DNA of 64,000 nucleotides from a virus. Shown here piece after piece: positions 18,502 to 27,218 of the stretch. Location of the stretch: the IMG/VR virus record IMGVR_UViG_3300021961_000019. One strand, given 5' to 3'. The notes beneath the pieces were generated by a model that was not told the origin of the DNA, ran no database searches, and saw only the letters and a list, made by a program, of their open reading frames with translations. Position 1 is the first letter of the stretch. The number at the start of each line of letters is the position of its first letter. Made by a program: the position numbers and the translations under genes.

Positions 18502-18734
18502 GTCGTAAACTCTCCAAGAACACGGGAAACTTCTTCTTCAACTAGAGCAAACCTTGATGCTCTCACAACTGCTGCCATGATCAAATTGTCATAAGCATTG
18601 TCATAATAGAATTCTGATCGTTCGGCAAGAAGATCGTGACATTCAACATCACTCTCTGCGATGACGTTAATCATCCCACCATACTCGGAAGATGGAAACG
18701 GCACCCAATAATCAACCTCGTAAAGAAATTTCAT
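18498..18734 (-). CDS. Conserved cyanophage hypothetical protein
   Basis: VDYWVPFPSSEYGG motif. Confidence 0.7.
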   Translation of the reverse strand: MKFLYEVDYWVPFPSSEYGGMINVIAESDVECHDLLAERSEFYYDNAYDNLIMAAVVRASRFALVEEEVSRVLGEFTT

Positions 18735-18738
18735 TTGC

Positions 18739-18909
18739 TTAAATGTAACCCTCCTGAATAAGAATAGCAGCAGTTCTCTGGTAGGAACCCTGCAATGAAT
18801 TTATCATACCACTTGAGACCAACTCTGTAAAGAGTTCAAGGGTCTCATCAAAGTCAAGCTCACCATTCTCATAATCCATGATCAGATCAACAAGACTTGC
18901 AGTAATCAT
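18739..18909 (-). CDS. Small hypothetical protein (56 aa, MITASLVDLIMDYENGEL...)
   Basis: Manual ORF with GAGGAG RBS. Confidence 0.65.
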   Translation of the reverse strand: MITASLVDLIMDYENGELDFDETLELFTELVSSGMINSLQGSYQRTAAILIQEGYI

Positions 18910-18935
18910 TGGTGCTCCTCAACTCTCATATTGTT

Positions 18936-18991
18936 AGTATATGCGCCATATGCCCCCTGAAGCGACCCGATGTGACAGTTGCGTGAGTGGC
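18936..18991 (-). promoter_or_regulatory. Class-2 promoter element
   Basis: 18-bp pseudo-palindrome centred near -53.5, plus TATACT. Confidence 0.65.
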
Positions 18992-19087
18992 ACGTGTGAG
19001 TGGGGAAAGGGGTCCTGTGGGCGCTGCTGGGTGCTGCAGAGCGTCAGATCCCTGTCGTGGACTGGACGGAAACCACGATTTTCTTGC

Positions 19088-19123
19088 AAAAAAAGGGAGG
19101 AAGGACACTAGGACCCTCCTCCC
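19088..19123 (-). terminator. Rho-independent terminator
   Basis: GGGAGGAGGG/CCTTCCTCCC stem plus U7. Confidence 0.75.
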
Positions 19124-19147
19124 CATGAAATTGACGATTTTGGCAGA

Positions 19148-19510
19148 TTAACAGCCACCCAGACCAAGTGCAAATCCTTTGGTACGAATGCCCAGATGTG
19201 AGCATCCATATCCACGATATCCACGATAAGGAGTTCCGTAGTATGGACCAGGAACAGGTGCATAATATGGTGCAGGAGCAACAACCGGAGGTGGAGCAAC
19301 ATAACCACAGTTATGATAGACAGGTTCTCTAACTATTCCACCGCGAAACCAATTCCCGTATTGGTCATAATATCCGGGTCTGCTATATGTTCTCCAAGTT
19401 GTACATGTTTGCACATAAGTGCGAGTTCTACCATCATACCTAACCTCCTGCGCATTAGCAGAGAAAGGCATCGACAACAATAACAAAGGAAGTAGCAAAA
19501 GTGCTTTCAT
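19148..19510 (-). CDS. Secreted Pro/Tyr/Gly-rich protein
   Basis: Signal peptide MKALLLLPLLLLSMPFSANA. Confidence 0.6.
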   Translation of the reverse strand: MKALLLLPLLLLSMPFSANAQEVRYDGRTRTYVQTCTTWRTYSRPGYYDQYGNWFRGGIVREPVYHNCGYVAPPPVVAPAPYYAPVPGPYYGTPYRGYRGYGCSHLGIRTKGFALGLGGC

Positions 19511-19537
19511 AATCGATATGCAAAGGTACAATACTAT

Positions 19538-19942
19538 TTAATTGAATGTGAGAGCGAAGAACCTCTGCTCTTCAAGAGCACCAGGAACTTCAAAATATTT
19601 CCACCCATCATTGGTAAAGATGTATGCATATTCACATCCCTGATCATTTGCACACTCAAGATATTCATTCACATTATCATGAAGCTCAGGCTCAATATTT
19701 GTCTCGCCCCGGTCGCGGTAATAAAGTACAATATTTTCGTCCAGCGCCATATTATCCCAAGAAGAGTTGCTGTCGATGCAACTAATGTCGCCCCCATCAA
19801 TCAACGACTTGATCTTATCTACAGTGTCATACTTCTCAACAAGTCGCTTGCCCAACCATTCCGGATACGCATCCCAATGGTGGTACACAGATACTACATG
19901 TCCAGAGGGCAGTTCCAGACCAATCCGGCCGCGAGTTGCCAT
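19538..19942 (-). CDS. Conserved phage hypothetical protein
   Basis: MATRGRIG...YHHWDAYPEWLG motif. Confidence 0.75.
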   Translation of the reverse strand: MATRGRIGLELPSGHVVSVYHHWDAYPEWLGKRLVEKYDTVDKIKSLIDGGDISCIDSNSSWDNMALDENIVLYYRDRGETNIEPELHDNVNEYLECANDQGCEYAYIFTNDGWKYFEVPGALEEQRFFALTFN

Positions 19943-19958
19943 TTGAGAATCCTCCTTT

Positions 19959-20015
19959 GGTTCAATACCATCATACCCCCCACGGGGTCTCCGGAGGGGT
20001 TTTCAGCATACCTGC
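19959..20015 (-). promoter_or_regulatory. Class-1 promoter element, copy 10
   Basis: GCA-N4-TGC, TGAAAA, TATGAT; 32-nt spacing; AAAGGAGG RBS. Confidence 0.75.
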
Positions 20016-20022
20016 AGCATTT

Positions 20023-21009
20023 CTACACACCCATAGCGTCCAGAAGGGGTGAATGTTCTACCTCTGCCACATCAATCTGCAGGTTTTCTATTGACTTCTC
20101 AAACAACTTCTTGCCTTCTTTGTTAAGATCGAATAAAACGTAATTTCTGCCGGTCAGAAGGGCACTCCTGCCCACCGTCCCAGACCCAGCGCAAGGATCC
20201 AGAACAATAGAATCCTCATCGCTAAACATCCTCAGAATACGATTCAGTAGAGCAACAGGTTTCTGTGTGGCATAATCCAGTTTCTCAACACCCTGTATCT
20301 GCTTAATGTCTGACCACACATCTTTGACTGGAATTCCATCCATCTCATCAAGATACTTCTTGACCCTAGGAATACCAGTATTGGATGAGTATTCAAGGCG
20401 ATTGTCATCATGAAGCATCTGCATTCTCTCCTTTGATACATGCCACTGGAGATCATGTCCATTCCATTTATATCTCAGGTTGGGTCTGGATACAACGTTT
20501 GGTTGACGATTTACCAGGGCAGATGTGTGATACTTCTTCTTGCGATATGGACAAATCTTTGCCTTTCGAACTGTCTCATCATCATACTCTTTATGCTCTG
20601 GATGATAGATGGACTCGGCACCCTTTTGATAGACTATGATCGTATCATGATTGCGCTGCAGTTGTTTCTTTGACTTGTGATTGCCGCCAGAGACCCATAC
20701 AATCTCATTCTTAAATCTCTTCTCACCAAACACATCATCAAGAACAATACGAATATGATGTGAGATCTTTGGTTCAACATGCACAACAATATTACCACGA
20801 TCTGTGAGAATACGATGACACTCCTGTAGAAGTGGGCGCATCAACAAATCGCGGTAATCTGCACTTGATTTGAACCTATCATCAAAATGATAGAAGTCCC
20901 TACCGGTACAATATGGTGGATCAATGTAAACAAGATCTACAGTATTCGCTTCAACTTTCTGCAGCAAATCTCTACTGTCACCGATGTTGTACTCGTTTAA
21001 GATCTTCAT
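20023..21009 (-). CDS. DNA N6-adenine/N4-cytosine methyltransferase (beta class)
   Basis: Motif IV YIDPPY near N-terminus; TQKP; motif I VLDPCAGSGT near C-terminus. Confidence 0.9.
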   Translation of the reverse strand: MKILNEYNIGDSRDLLQKVEANTVDLVYIDPPYCTGRDFYHFDDRFKSSADYRDLLMRPLLQECHRILTDRGNIVVHVEPKISHHIRIVLDDVFGEKRFKNEIVWVSGGNHKSKKQLQRNHDTIIVYQKGAESIYHPEHKEYDDETVRKAKICPYRKKKYHTSALVNRQPNVVSRPNLRYKWNGHDLQWHVSKERMQMLHDDNRLEYSSNTGIPRVKKYLDEMDGIPVKDVWSDIKQIQGVEKLDYATQKPVALLNRILRMFSDEDSIVLDPCAGSGTVGRSALLTGRNYVLFDLNKEGKKLFEKSIENLQIDVAEVEHSPLLDAMGV

Positions 21010-21523
21010 AGATAAGAACCTCTTTCGCACGTCCTGTATACTTCTTACGAACTGCTGCTGGCACAGAACCAACACAGTATCCTGGCATATTCTTGTCTTC
21101 TAACTCATAACTGGGAATAGCAAGATACTCCCAATCAGAGATGTCCTCATAACCATTTGGTATGATGAACAGTATAACATCAAATGAATTGATTGCATAC
21201 CTCACCTGACCATTCTTTGCTCCCTGAGTAGCATTCTTACCCGTGGTCCTTCGGGTCTGTTCCATGTGAAGGGAATTGCCTCCACGATACTTCACTTGAA
21301 TGCGAAGATTGTTGGTAGATAGACGATCATACTTCTCCTGCTGACCATCAGCATCATTAGGAGATGGTTTTGTTTGAATTCCACACTCCTCACGCAACCA
21401 CTGGGGTGCGATAATCCTTTCCGTTGGAAATGCAAGAAACTTACCAATCTCTCTGGTGTCACCTTCGGTGATGAGTTCCTGAAACCCAAGGGCAACAATT
21501 TCTGAAAGTGATGATACTGACAT
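20978..21523 (-). CDS. Putative PD-(D/E)XK-fold endonuclease (restriction-like)
   Basis: KYD-x9-IQVK catalytic-like pattern; overlaps MTase start by 32 nt. Confidence 0.5.
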   Translation of the reverse strand: MSVSSLSEIVALGFQELITEGDTREIGKFLAFPTERIIAPQWLREECGIQTKPSPNDADGQQEKYDRLSTNNLRIQVKYRGGNSLHMEQTRRTTGKNATQGAKNGQVRYAINSFDVILFIIPNGYEDISDWEYLAIPSYELEDKNMPGYCVGSVPAAVRKKYTGRAKEVLIYEDLKRVQHR

Positions 21524-21524
21524 T

Positions 21525-21647
21525 TCAACCACCGTAGATCATTGCAAAGGTGAAAAGCACAAATAAAACAACTGTGAAAACCATCATACCAACACCTGCC
21601 CAGATTACCCAGTTGGGCATTGGTTCATAATTGTGATTGTGTGCCAT
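21525..21647 (-). CDS. Small membrane peptide (40 aa, MAHNHNYEPMPNWVIWAGVG...)
   Basis: Manual ORF; single TM segment; TGA-a-ATG coupling to nuclease. Confidence 0.65.
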   Translation of the reverse strand: MAHNHNYEPMPNWVIWAGVGMMVFTVVLFVLFTFAMIYGG

Positions 21648-21664
21648 GGTGTCTCATATCATAC

Positions 21665-21717
21665 AATAGTATTGTAGGGTCCAGAAGACCCTACGGCAGG
21701 TCAATCAGCAGATCCGG
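21665..21717 (-). promoter_or_regulatory. Class-1 promoter element, copy 11 (divergent)
   Basis: GCTGA, then TACAAT; 33-nt spacing; perfect 8-bp stem 21674-21694. Confidence 0.55.
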
Positions 21718-22470
21718 ATCAAATCCGTTGCTGTCACTCTCACCAGTATAACCTGATGGATTGCAAATTACCCTACATCCTTCAATCATGTAATCAAACC
21801 TAGAATGTGTATGACCATGGACCCAATACTTAATCTGGGGATGTGCCAAGATCAGATTATCCAAGTCACTCACATATGCACCATTTGACTCATTACGATA
21901 CTTAGATGCAATTGATTGCAAACTTGGTCCATGATGACTGATGACAAATACATTCTCTGTGAGAGATTGTAGTTGCTTCAGAAGATACTTCTTACTCTTC
22001 TTATGAAGATCAAGAGTATCATCAGGGTTCAACTTTCTATACTTTGAAGTAATCCTGATGCTACGATAATCATTCATGACTGTAGCAGCATCCATCATTT
22101 CAAGAACATTTTCATTCCTGAAGTCGGTCCAAAGTGTGAACCCAATGAAGTTCCAGACACCAATCTTTACTGTATCATTATCAAGCACTTGAAAGTTGCT
22201 TGGAAGATTGCTTAGGATCTTTTTCTTAGCACCCTCAACGTTGTATCCATAGTATTCATGATTGCCAAAAACGTAGAGAATCTTATCATAGTTCTTACTG
22301 CATTCATACAAGAAATTATCATAAATGGAATGAATATAACCATCCGTCTTGAAGTGCCTTGCACAGAGAATGTCACCAGCAAGAATGAGAACATCACCCT
22401 CACCAACAGGGAACACCTGACAGGCAGAGTAGTGCTCAAGATGTAGATCAGAGTAAACTTTGACTTTCAT
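21691..22470 (-). CDS. Calcineurin-like metallophosphoesterase
   Basis: SDLH, AGD, GNHE, SHH and HGHTH motifs. Confidence 0.9.
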   Translation of the reverse strand: MKVKVYSDLHLEHYSACQVFPVGEGDVLILAGDILCARHFKTDGYIHSIYDNFLYECSKNYDKILYVFGNHEYYGYNVEGAKKKILSNLPSNFQVLDNDTVKIGVWNFIGFTLWTDFRNENVLEMMDAATVMNDYRSIRITSKYRKLNPDDTLDLHKKSKKYLLKQLQSLTENVFVISHHGPSLQSIASKYRNESNGAYVSDLDNLILAHPQIKYWVHGHTHSRFDYMIEGCRVICNPSGYTGESDSNGFDPDLLIDLP

Positions 22471-22545
22471 GATGCTCCAATATCATAATTACGCAGGAGA
22501 CCCTTCCCAGTGGTCCAGGAAGGGCACTTTACTATGTTTCAGGTG

Positions 22546-22995
22546 TCAGCGGGAATACAAATACCCACCCGACCAATCAGCGTTCTGTAGAACCCACTCA
22601 CGATCTTTAATCAGACGGAGATCGTAACGAACACCTTTGGCAGGTGCTTTCCAAGATGCAGACTTGTAGACTTCACCAGTCTTCTTGTCCACAAAACAAT
22701 GCACAGAACGGGACGCCCCAGCATCAACAAAGATGATCTTGTGATACTTGCGACCACTCTCAATCACATAATCAATGGGCAGTTTACCACTCTTGAGTTC
22801 ATCAATAGAACGCTGATGATATCCATGGGCATCTTCTGGAGTGCCAACATAACGCTGATGACCACGAATTGCATACTCGCGATAGTTGTCACGCAGAGCA
22901 TCAGTAAGCATCCAGCACCACTTAACCACATTCAACTGAATGGTGTTGCGGGCATCCTGCTGCGCAGCGTAGTCGGCAAAGGTGGTGGCAGTCAT
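22546..22995 (-). CDS. Conserved cyanophage hypothetical protein
   Basis: VHCFVDKKTGEVYKSASWKAPAKGVRY motif. Confidence 0.75.
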   Translation of the reverse strand: MTATTFADYAAQQDARNTIQLNVVKWCWMLTDALRDNYREYAIRGHQRYVGTPEDAHGYHQRSIDELKSGKLPIDYVIESGRKYHKIIFVDAGASRSVHCFVDKKTGEVYKSASWKAPAKGVRYDLRLIKDREWVLQNADWSGGYLYSR

Positions 22996-23012
22996 GGCAA
23001 GGTCTCCCTCTC

Positions 23013-23067
23013 TTCAATACCATCATATCCCCCCAGAGGTCTCTGGAGGGATTTTAATCACATGTGC
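23013..23067 (-). promoter_or_regulatory. Class-1 promoter element, copy 12
   Basis: GCACATGTGA, TTAAAA, TATGAT; 32-nt spacing; 10/11-bp stem in spacer. Confidence 0.65.
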
Positions 23068-23073
23068 TGCAGA

Positions 23074-23184
23074 TCAACCGCGCCAACCATGTGGATATAG
23101 GATTGAAAGGACTACCATGAAGACGCCAAATGAAATGAACGCACCAAGCATCCAAAAGAATGCGATTCCATCAACTCCGGACAT
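23074..23184 (-). CDS. Small membrane peptide
   Basis: ORF track frame; start moved to MSGVDG. Confidence 0.45.
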   Translation of the reverse strand: MSGVDGIAFFWMLGAFISFGVFMVVLSILYPHGWRG

Positions 23185-23302
23185 ACTCTTGTGCTCCATT
23201 TTTAATTGAATCCACACCTCTATCAAGAATAGATGTGACGCCATTAAATCCAACAGTAGCAACAACTATTCCAATAAAGACGCCAAAGAAAAAATTGCTC
23301 AT
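23171..23302 (-). CDS. Small membrane peptide (43 aa, MSNFFFGVFIGIVVATVGF...)
   Basis: Manual ORF. Confidence 0.6.
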   Translation of the reverse strand: MSNFFFGVFIGIVVATVGFNGVTSILDRGVDSIKNGAQEYVRS

Positions 23303-23437
23303 TTAAAATACCTCCAAATCCATTGGGAAATCTTCAGTTTTTGACATTTCTTCTATGTATCCATCAATATCGAAGATTTCCCCAGACATGTCTTGAATTT
23401 CATCCCAAAGGGAAGTATCAAAATCAAAGTCGTCCAC
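23303..23437 (-). CDS. Small acidic protein (44 aa, GTG start)
   Basis: Manual ORF with CAGGAG RBS after a class-2 promoter. Confidence 0.55.
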   Translation of the reverse strand: MDDFDFDTSLWDEIQDMSGEIFDIDGYIEEMSKTEDFPMDLEVF

Positions 23438-23460
23438 TTGAATTGCTCCTGAACATCTTC

Positions 23461-23516
23461 AGTATATGTGCGGTATTGGTTCTGAATGGGAAAAGGGGCC
23501 AGTTTGCAAACTGGCC
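23461..23516 (-). promoter_or_regulatory. Class-2 promoter element
   Basis: Perfect 20-bp palindrome GGCCAGTTTGCAAACTGGCC centred at -52.5, plus TATACT. Confidence 0.75.
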
Positions 23517-23538
23517 ACAGGGAATAACAACTCCACCA

Positions 23539-23751
23539 TCAGACATCATACTCTAAAACAGTAACATACTTCACGTTGCAGTTGAATTTCAAATATCTAA
23601 TTAAATCGGAAACATTCAACTCAGAATTTAGTTTGAACGTATCCACAAGTAGACCATCGCGAATTGGCGTCCAATATTCAATTGTTACTTCATAATTGTG
23701 CTGTTTTTTAGGGGGTCGTTGGTACATTTGCGTAATGCAAAGGAATTTCAA
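23539..23751 (-). CDS. Hypothetical protein
   Basis: 70 aa ORF. Confidence 0.5.
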   Translation of the reverse strand: MKFLCITQMYQRPPKKQHNYEVTIEYWTPIRDGLLVDTFKLNSELNVSDLIRYLKFNCNVKYVTVLEYDV

Positions 23752-23919
23752 TCTTCCAACACAGACACCTCATCACCGGTCATTACAATACCACGCCCAC
23801 AAAAGGTTCCAATATCGCTGGTCAAAAGTTCTTGAAGAATGATTGCATCCTTCTCAGACTCCAGACAAACTTTGAGTAAGTAAGAATCCTTAAGAGATGT
23901 AGTAAATTTTATATAATAA

Positions 23920-24141
23920 TCAATCATGAAGAATGGTCTTCTCTAACGCATTTCGTAGTTTTTCAAAGTACAACCTAGGTGTATCATCCAAAGTATACCA
24001 GGGCATACTATATGCATTATCTATATGATGAAATAATCCAATAACATCATCTGTGGGTGGAATGCACATCAATTCCCCGCGATCATCCATATAGTACAAG
24101 CAATTAGATTGTTCGTCATAGTAAATTTTGGAGTTAATCAT
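23920..24141 (-). CDS. Hypothetical protein
   Basis: 73 aa ORF. Confidence 0.55.
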   Translation of the reverse strand: MINSKIYYDEQSNCLYYMDDRGELMCIPPTDDVIGLFHHIDNAYSMPWYTLDDTPRLYFEKLRNALEKTILHD

Positions 24142-24149
24142 AATTACAT

Positions 24150-24470
24150 TTACTTAATGAATTTGTTATAGAACCAACGTGCGGCATAAATTAGACCAAT
24201 GATGCCAAAGATCCACCAGAAGGTTGCAACCAACCAAAGACCAAACATGACAGCAAGTACAATACCCACCGTTCTAAGGTCTACGCCATCACCATCATCG
24301 TGGGATGAGGATGATCCAGATTTAACATCTTTCGCATAGATAACCTTTCCACCTTCCCTGCGCTCAACAATATTATGTGCATCACTGATGGTGTTGGCAG
24401 ATTGCTCCACCCAATATGCACTAGTGCCTTGACCATAGGGGGGTTGAACTTTGAATTTCCAAGTGCCCAT
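24150..24470 (-). CDS. Membrane hypothetical protein
   Basis: C-terminal TM segments; GAAGGAG RBS. Confidence 0.7.
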   Translation of the reverse strand: MGTWKFKVQPPYGQGTSAYWVEQSANTISDAHNIVERREGGKVIYAKDVKSGSSSSHDDGDGVDLRTVGIVLAVMFGLWLVATFWWIFGIIGLIYAARWFYNKFIK

Positions 24471-24492
24471 GAGGTCTCCTTCATCTACTAAT

Positions 24493-24550
24493 AGTATAGG
24501 GGATCCCCAATCGACTGACGGAATCCCCTATGACACTTATTCAACTGTCA
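24493..24550 (-). promoter_or_regulatory. Class-2 promoter element
   Basis: TGACAGTTGAATAAGTGTCA, GC stem, TATACT. Confidence 0.75.
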
Positions 24551-24772
24551 CATATCAACATTTGGTCCCCATGACCCGCGTTCACCACCCTTTCGCTGCT
24601 CAAGTTTATCAAGAAGTTCATCAGTTTTGATCAGAACATCAATATCAGCAACCAGAAGTGCAATCGTCTTTGCAACAAATGCAGGTTCCTGACGTGCAGC
24701 ATATGCTAGTGCATTTCGTAGGGATGATTCTGCTTCGCGCAGAGAGTCTTCTACAGATTTACTAAGTGCCAT
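24548..24772 (-). CDS. Conserved cyanophage hypothetical protein
   Basis: MALSKSVEDSLREAESSLRNALAYAARQE motif. Confidence 0.75.
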   Translation of the reverse strand: MALSKSVEDSLREAESSLRNALAYAARQEPAFVAKTIALLVADIDVLIKTDELLDKLEQRKGGERGSWGPNVDM

Positions 24773-24774
24773 AA

Positions 24775-25152
24775 TTACCCAAAAGAAACAACATGATTAT
24801 CATATTCGCGGACCATCTGATTATAGGTCTCTTCATCCAAACTGTATGGTTCATCGGGCAGATAATCTGACACAACATCTAAACCCACTTCACCATCAAG
24901 ATTGACACTTACAGATTCAATTGTTGAACCTGCTTCCATTACAACATCAAAGGCAGACATAAACTTATCCCTAAAGTCACCTTCAATGTCATCAAGAAGA
25001 TCAATAGCAGTAATCAAATTGCACACACTATCAAAATCGCCACTATTGCGGCGAACAGCAACATTCAGAAGATCACGTACAGAAGATAAGCGAACCATGC
25101 TTTCTTCAATATCGTTCATAACATTCCAAAGGCGATCACTAACAACAGACAT
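24775..25152 (-). CDS. Acidic hypothetical protein
   Basis: 125 aa ORF. Confidence 0.65.
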   Translation of the reverse strand: MSVVSDRLWNVMNDIEESMVRLSSVRDLLNVAVRRNSGDFDSVCNLITAIDLLDDIEGDFRDKFMSAFDVVMEAGSTIESVSVNLDGEVGLDVVSDYLPDEPYSLDEETYNQMVREYDNHVVSFG

Positions 25153-25154
25153 AA

Positions 25155-25367
25155 TTAATACCTCTTTTTTATTCCTTTAAGGTCATGTGAACATGGGTGA
25201 CAATAATAAGAATACCCATCACGAAAATGCTTCACAACCTCATAATTCTCAGTGTTTAAGAGTTTGTCCACTCCACACCTTTTACAAACTCTAGTCGTTG
25301 GAATTGTCCTTCCTAGACTTCTTGAGTTTTTTATAAAGTTTTTTAATTTCCTGATAAGCTTGGTCAC
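25155..25367 (-). CDS. Small zinc-ribbon protein (CxxC...CxxC)
   Basis: CKRC...CHPC; start uncertain, overlaps upstream ORF. Confidence 0.45.
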   Translation of the reverse strand: MTKLIRKLKNFIKNSRSLGRTIPTTRVCKRCGVDKLLNTENYEVVKHFRDGYSYYCHPCSHDLKGIKKRY

Positions 25368-25464
25368 TTGTAATTTTGTCCCCTAATTCCAAAGCAACAA
25401 TAATCTCCACACGGTCGCCAAAATAGGCCAGATTTCTTTCAAACTTTGAAAGATCTTCGTACAT
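25291..25464 (-). CDS. Small hypothetical protein (57 aa, MYEDLSKFERNLAYFGDRV...)
   Basis: Manual ORF. Confidence 0.65.
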   Translation of the reverse strand: MYEDLSKFERNLAYFGDRVEIIVALELGDKITSDQAYQEIKKLYKKLKKSRKDNSND

Positions 25465-25487
25465 AATGTCTTAACCTCCTACTTTAA

Positions 25488-25694
25488 TCATAGTAAAGGT
25501 TCCTGCTTTTTGTCAAGACGTGCTTGCAGTCTATTTACATCAGATCTGAGTTGATCATTCTCATTCATAAGAAATGAGACCTTCTTATCAAGTTCCATGA
25601 TCCAATCTACAATACTGTAACTAACCTCATCAGAATTGCGATTTCGAATATCATACTTTTCCAGGATGCCCTTCCACTTCTTATCTAAACTCAT
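25488..25694 (-). CDS. Coiled-coil hypothetical protein
   Basis: 68 aa; ATGA coupled. Confidence 0.6.
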   Translation of the reverse strand: MSLDKKWKGILEKYDIRNRNSDEVSYSIVDWIMELDKKVSFLMNENDQLRSDVNRLQARLDKKQEPLL

Positions 25695-25927
25695 AGTTTT
25701 CCTCCGACTGTTCCATCATTCAGAACTCTACTGTTTTCTTCACCCCACCCCTCTTGTCTACCTTTGAGGTAGAAGCGAGCGCCATCAATACATCCTTGCT
25801 CATCTAAAGCAGTTACTAACTCTTCTCCATCTTTTGTTGCACTGTGCCACAAACCATACTTAGTTTCATAGACGCGAAAGCAATCATCAATCCAATTGAC
25901 TTCGGCAATCTCCGGATGTTCAGACAT
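25691..25927 (-). CDS. Conserved cyanophage hypothetical protein
   Basis: WIDDCFRVYETKYGLWHS motif; start moved. Confidence 0.7.
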   Translation of the reverse strand: MSEHPEIAEVNWIDDCFRVYETKYGLWHSATKDGEELVTALDEQGCIDGARFYLKGRQEGWGEENSRVLNDGTVGGKL

Positions 25928-25928
25928 A

Positions 25929-26060
25929 TCAAAGATCCTCAAGACGTGCTTTATTCTCCAAGCAAGTCTGCCTGTATCTGTTAAGTGCTTCTAGGAATTC
26001 GGGTGTCTCCACCCACTCCCAAACATCACCATTCTTTGTTGTATGTGTCTTGGTTTCCAT
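25929..26060 (-). CDS. Small hypothetical protein (43 aa, METKTHTTKNGDVWEW...)
   Basis: Manual ORF. Confidence 0.6.
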   Translation of the reverse strand: METKTHTTKNGDVWEWVETPEFLEALNRYRQTCLENKARLEDL

Positions 26061-26183
26061 AATCATTTAATCAAATTAGTTAATAGTGCGGAAAAGTTTG
26101 CCTTTCCCTTCATCAGCATAGCACAGATGATCAGAATGTCAAACAATACAAAGGATAGAAATATGATTGACAGTTGAATGTGA

Positions 26184-26411
26184 TTATTTTTTTGCATCAT
26201 AATGTATTTCAATGACGAGTGGTGGTTTATCGTTCCAATGTCTAATTGCATTGGCAATAATGAATGCATTGGTGGCCAGATACGCGAATAAGATCACGGT
26301 TCGTATCACCGCAACATTATCAGATTCTTTACTGCAGGAAGATGCTTTTTCTCCAAGTGCCTTGCACCAGAGTCTCCAGATTAACCGAAGCTTCGATTTA
26401 AGTCGTACCAT
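26184..26411 (-). CDS. Membrane hypothetical protein
   Basis: IWRLWCKALGEKA motif; TM segment. Confidence 0.65.
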   Translation of the reverse strand: MVRLKSKLRLIWRLWCKALGEKASSCSKESDNVAVIRTVILFAYLATNAFIIANAIRHWNDKPPLVIEIHYDAKK

Positions 26412-26528
26412 CGATTTCCAAGTAAAACGCGATTCATAATTCTATGCAAAAGACTGGGCCTAACCTTTTTCATGATGTGAATTCCATCTCCACAATCATC
26501 ATTCAAAGACCAGTACCCAACGTATAAC

Positions 26529-26987
26529 TCAGACTCGGACTTCATAATACTGTCCAACTAAGAATACCTGACCAGTAGAGTCTTTCTTACCAACAGTTTG
26601 GCGAAGACGAATTGTGTCCCCATCAAGAAGTCTAATCTCTTCCCTAAACTTCATACCACTATATGCTGTGTTGAGCACAACGCAGTCATCATCAATCATA
26701 TGAATATTACACTCTGTCTCATCTTTGGTCATATAACCAATATCACGCTTAAGAACCTCACCATCAGTCTCTGTGATCATTTCGCCTTCAGAGATCAACT
26801 TTTCTGTATGAACATCGGAAGTTTTCCAAGCAAGTCTGGAACGCACAACATCTCCAGTATCGCTCAGAATTTCAACTTCAAGTTTTGATCGAGAGTTGTC
26901 AATAACCCCACTTTCAGTATACAAATATCTGCGATGAGAAACCCACTCTCCAGCAGTTCTTCTCAGAAAATTCCTAAAATCACTCAT
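26529..26987 (-). CDS. Phycobiliprotein (bilin) lyase, CpcS/CpcV-like
   Basis: FLRRTAGEWVSHRRY N-terminus; FREEIRL...RLRQTVG; GQYYEVR C-terminus. Confidence 0.65.
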   Translation of the reverse strand: MSDFRNFLRRTAGEWVSHRRYLYTESGVIDNSRSKLEVEILSDTGDVVRSRLAWKTSDVHTEKLISEGEMITETDGEVLKRDIGYMTKDETECNIHMIDDDCVVLNTAYSGMKFREEIRLLDGDTIRLRQTVGKKDSTGQVFLVGQYYEVRV

Positions 26988-26996
26988 ACATTTGCC

Positions 26997-27218
26997 TCAA
27001 TTAGAATCAAACCACACATGACCAAACATAACATGCATCACAACTCTTGTAATCCATGATGGTCTATTTTGCCTCACGACGCAGTATTTTGTTCCCCCGT
27101 CATCATGGTGCAGGCTCCAATATCCAGCTGGTCTTGCAAATCTTATTTTTGCTGGATGCCCCGTTTTATCCCCATGAAGGATCTTTTCAAGTATCGCCTT
27201 CATCTCCCCCAAATCCAA
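26997..27218 (-). CDS. Hypothetical protein
   Basis: 73 aa ORF. Confidence 0.5.
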   Translation of the reverse strand: MDLGEMKAILEKILHGDKTGHPAKIRFARPAGYWSLHHDDGGTKYCVVRQNRPSWITRVVMHVMFGHVWFDSN

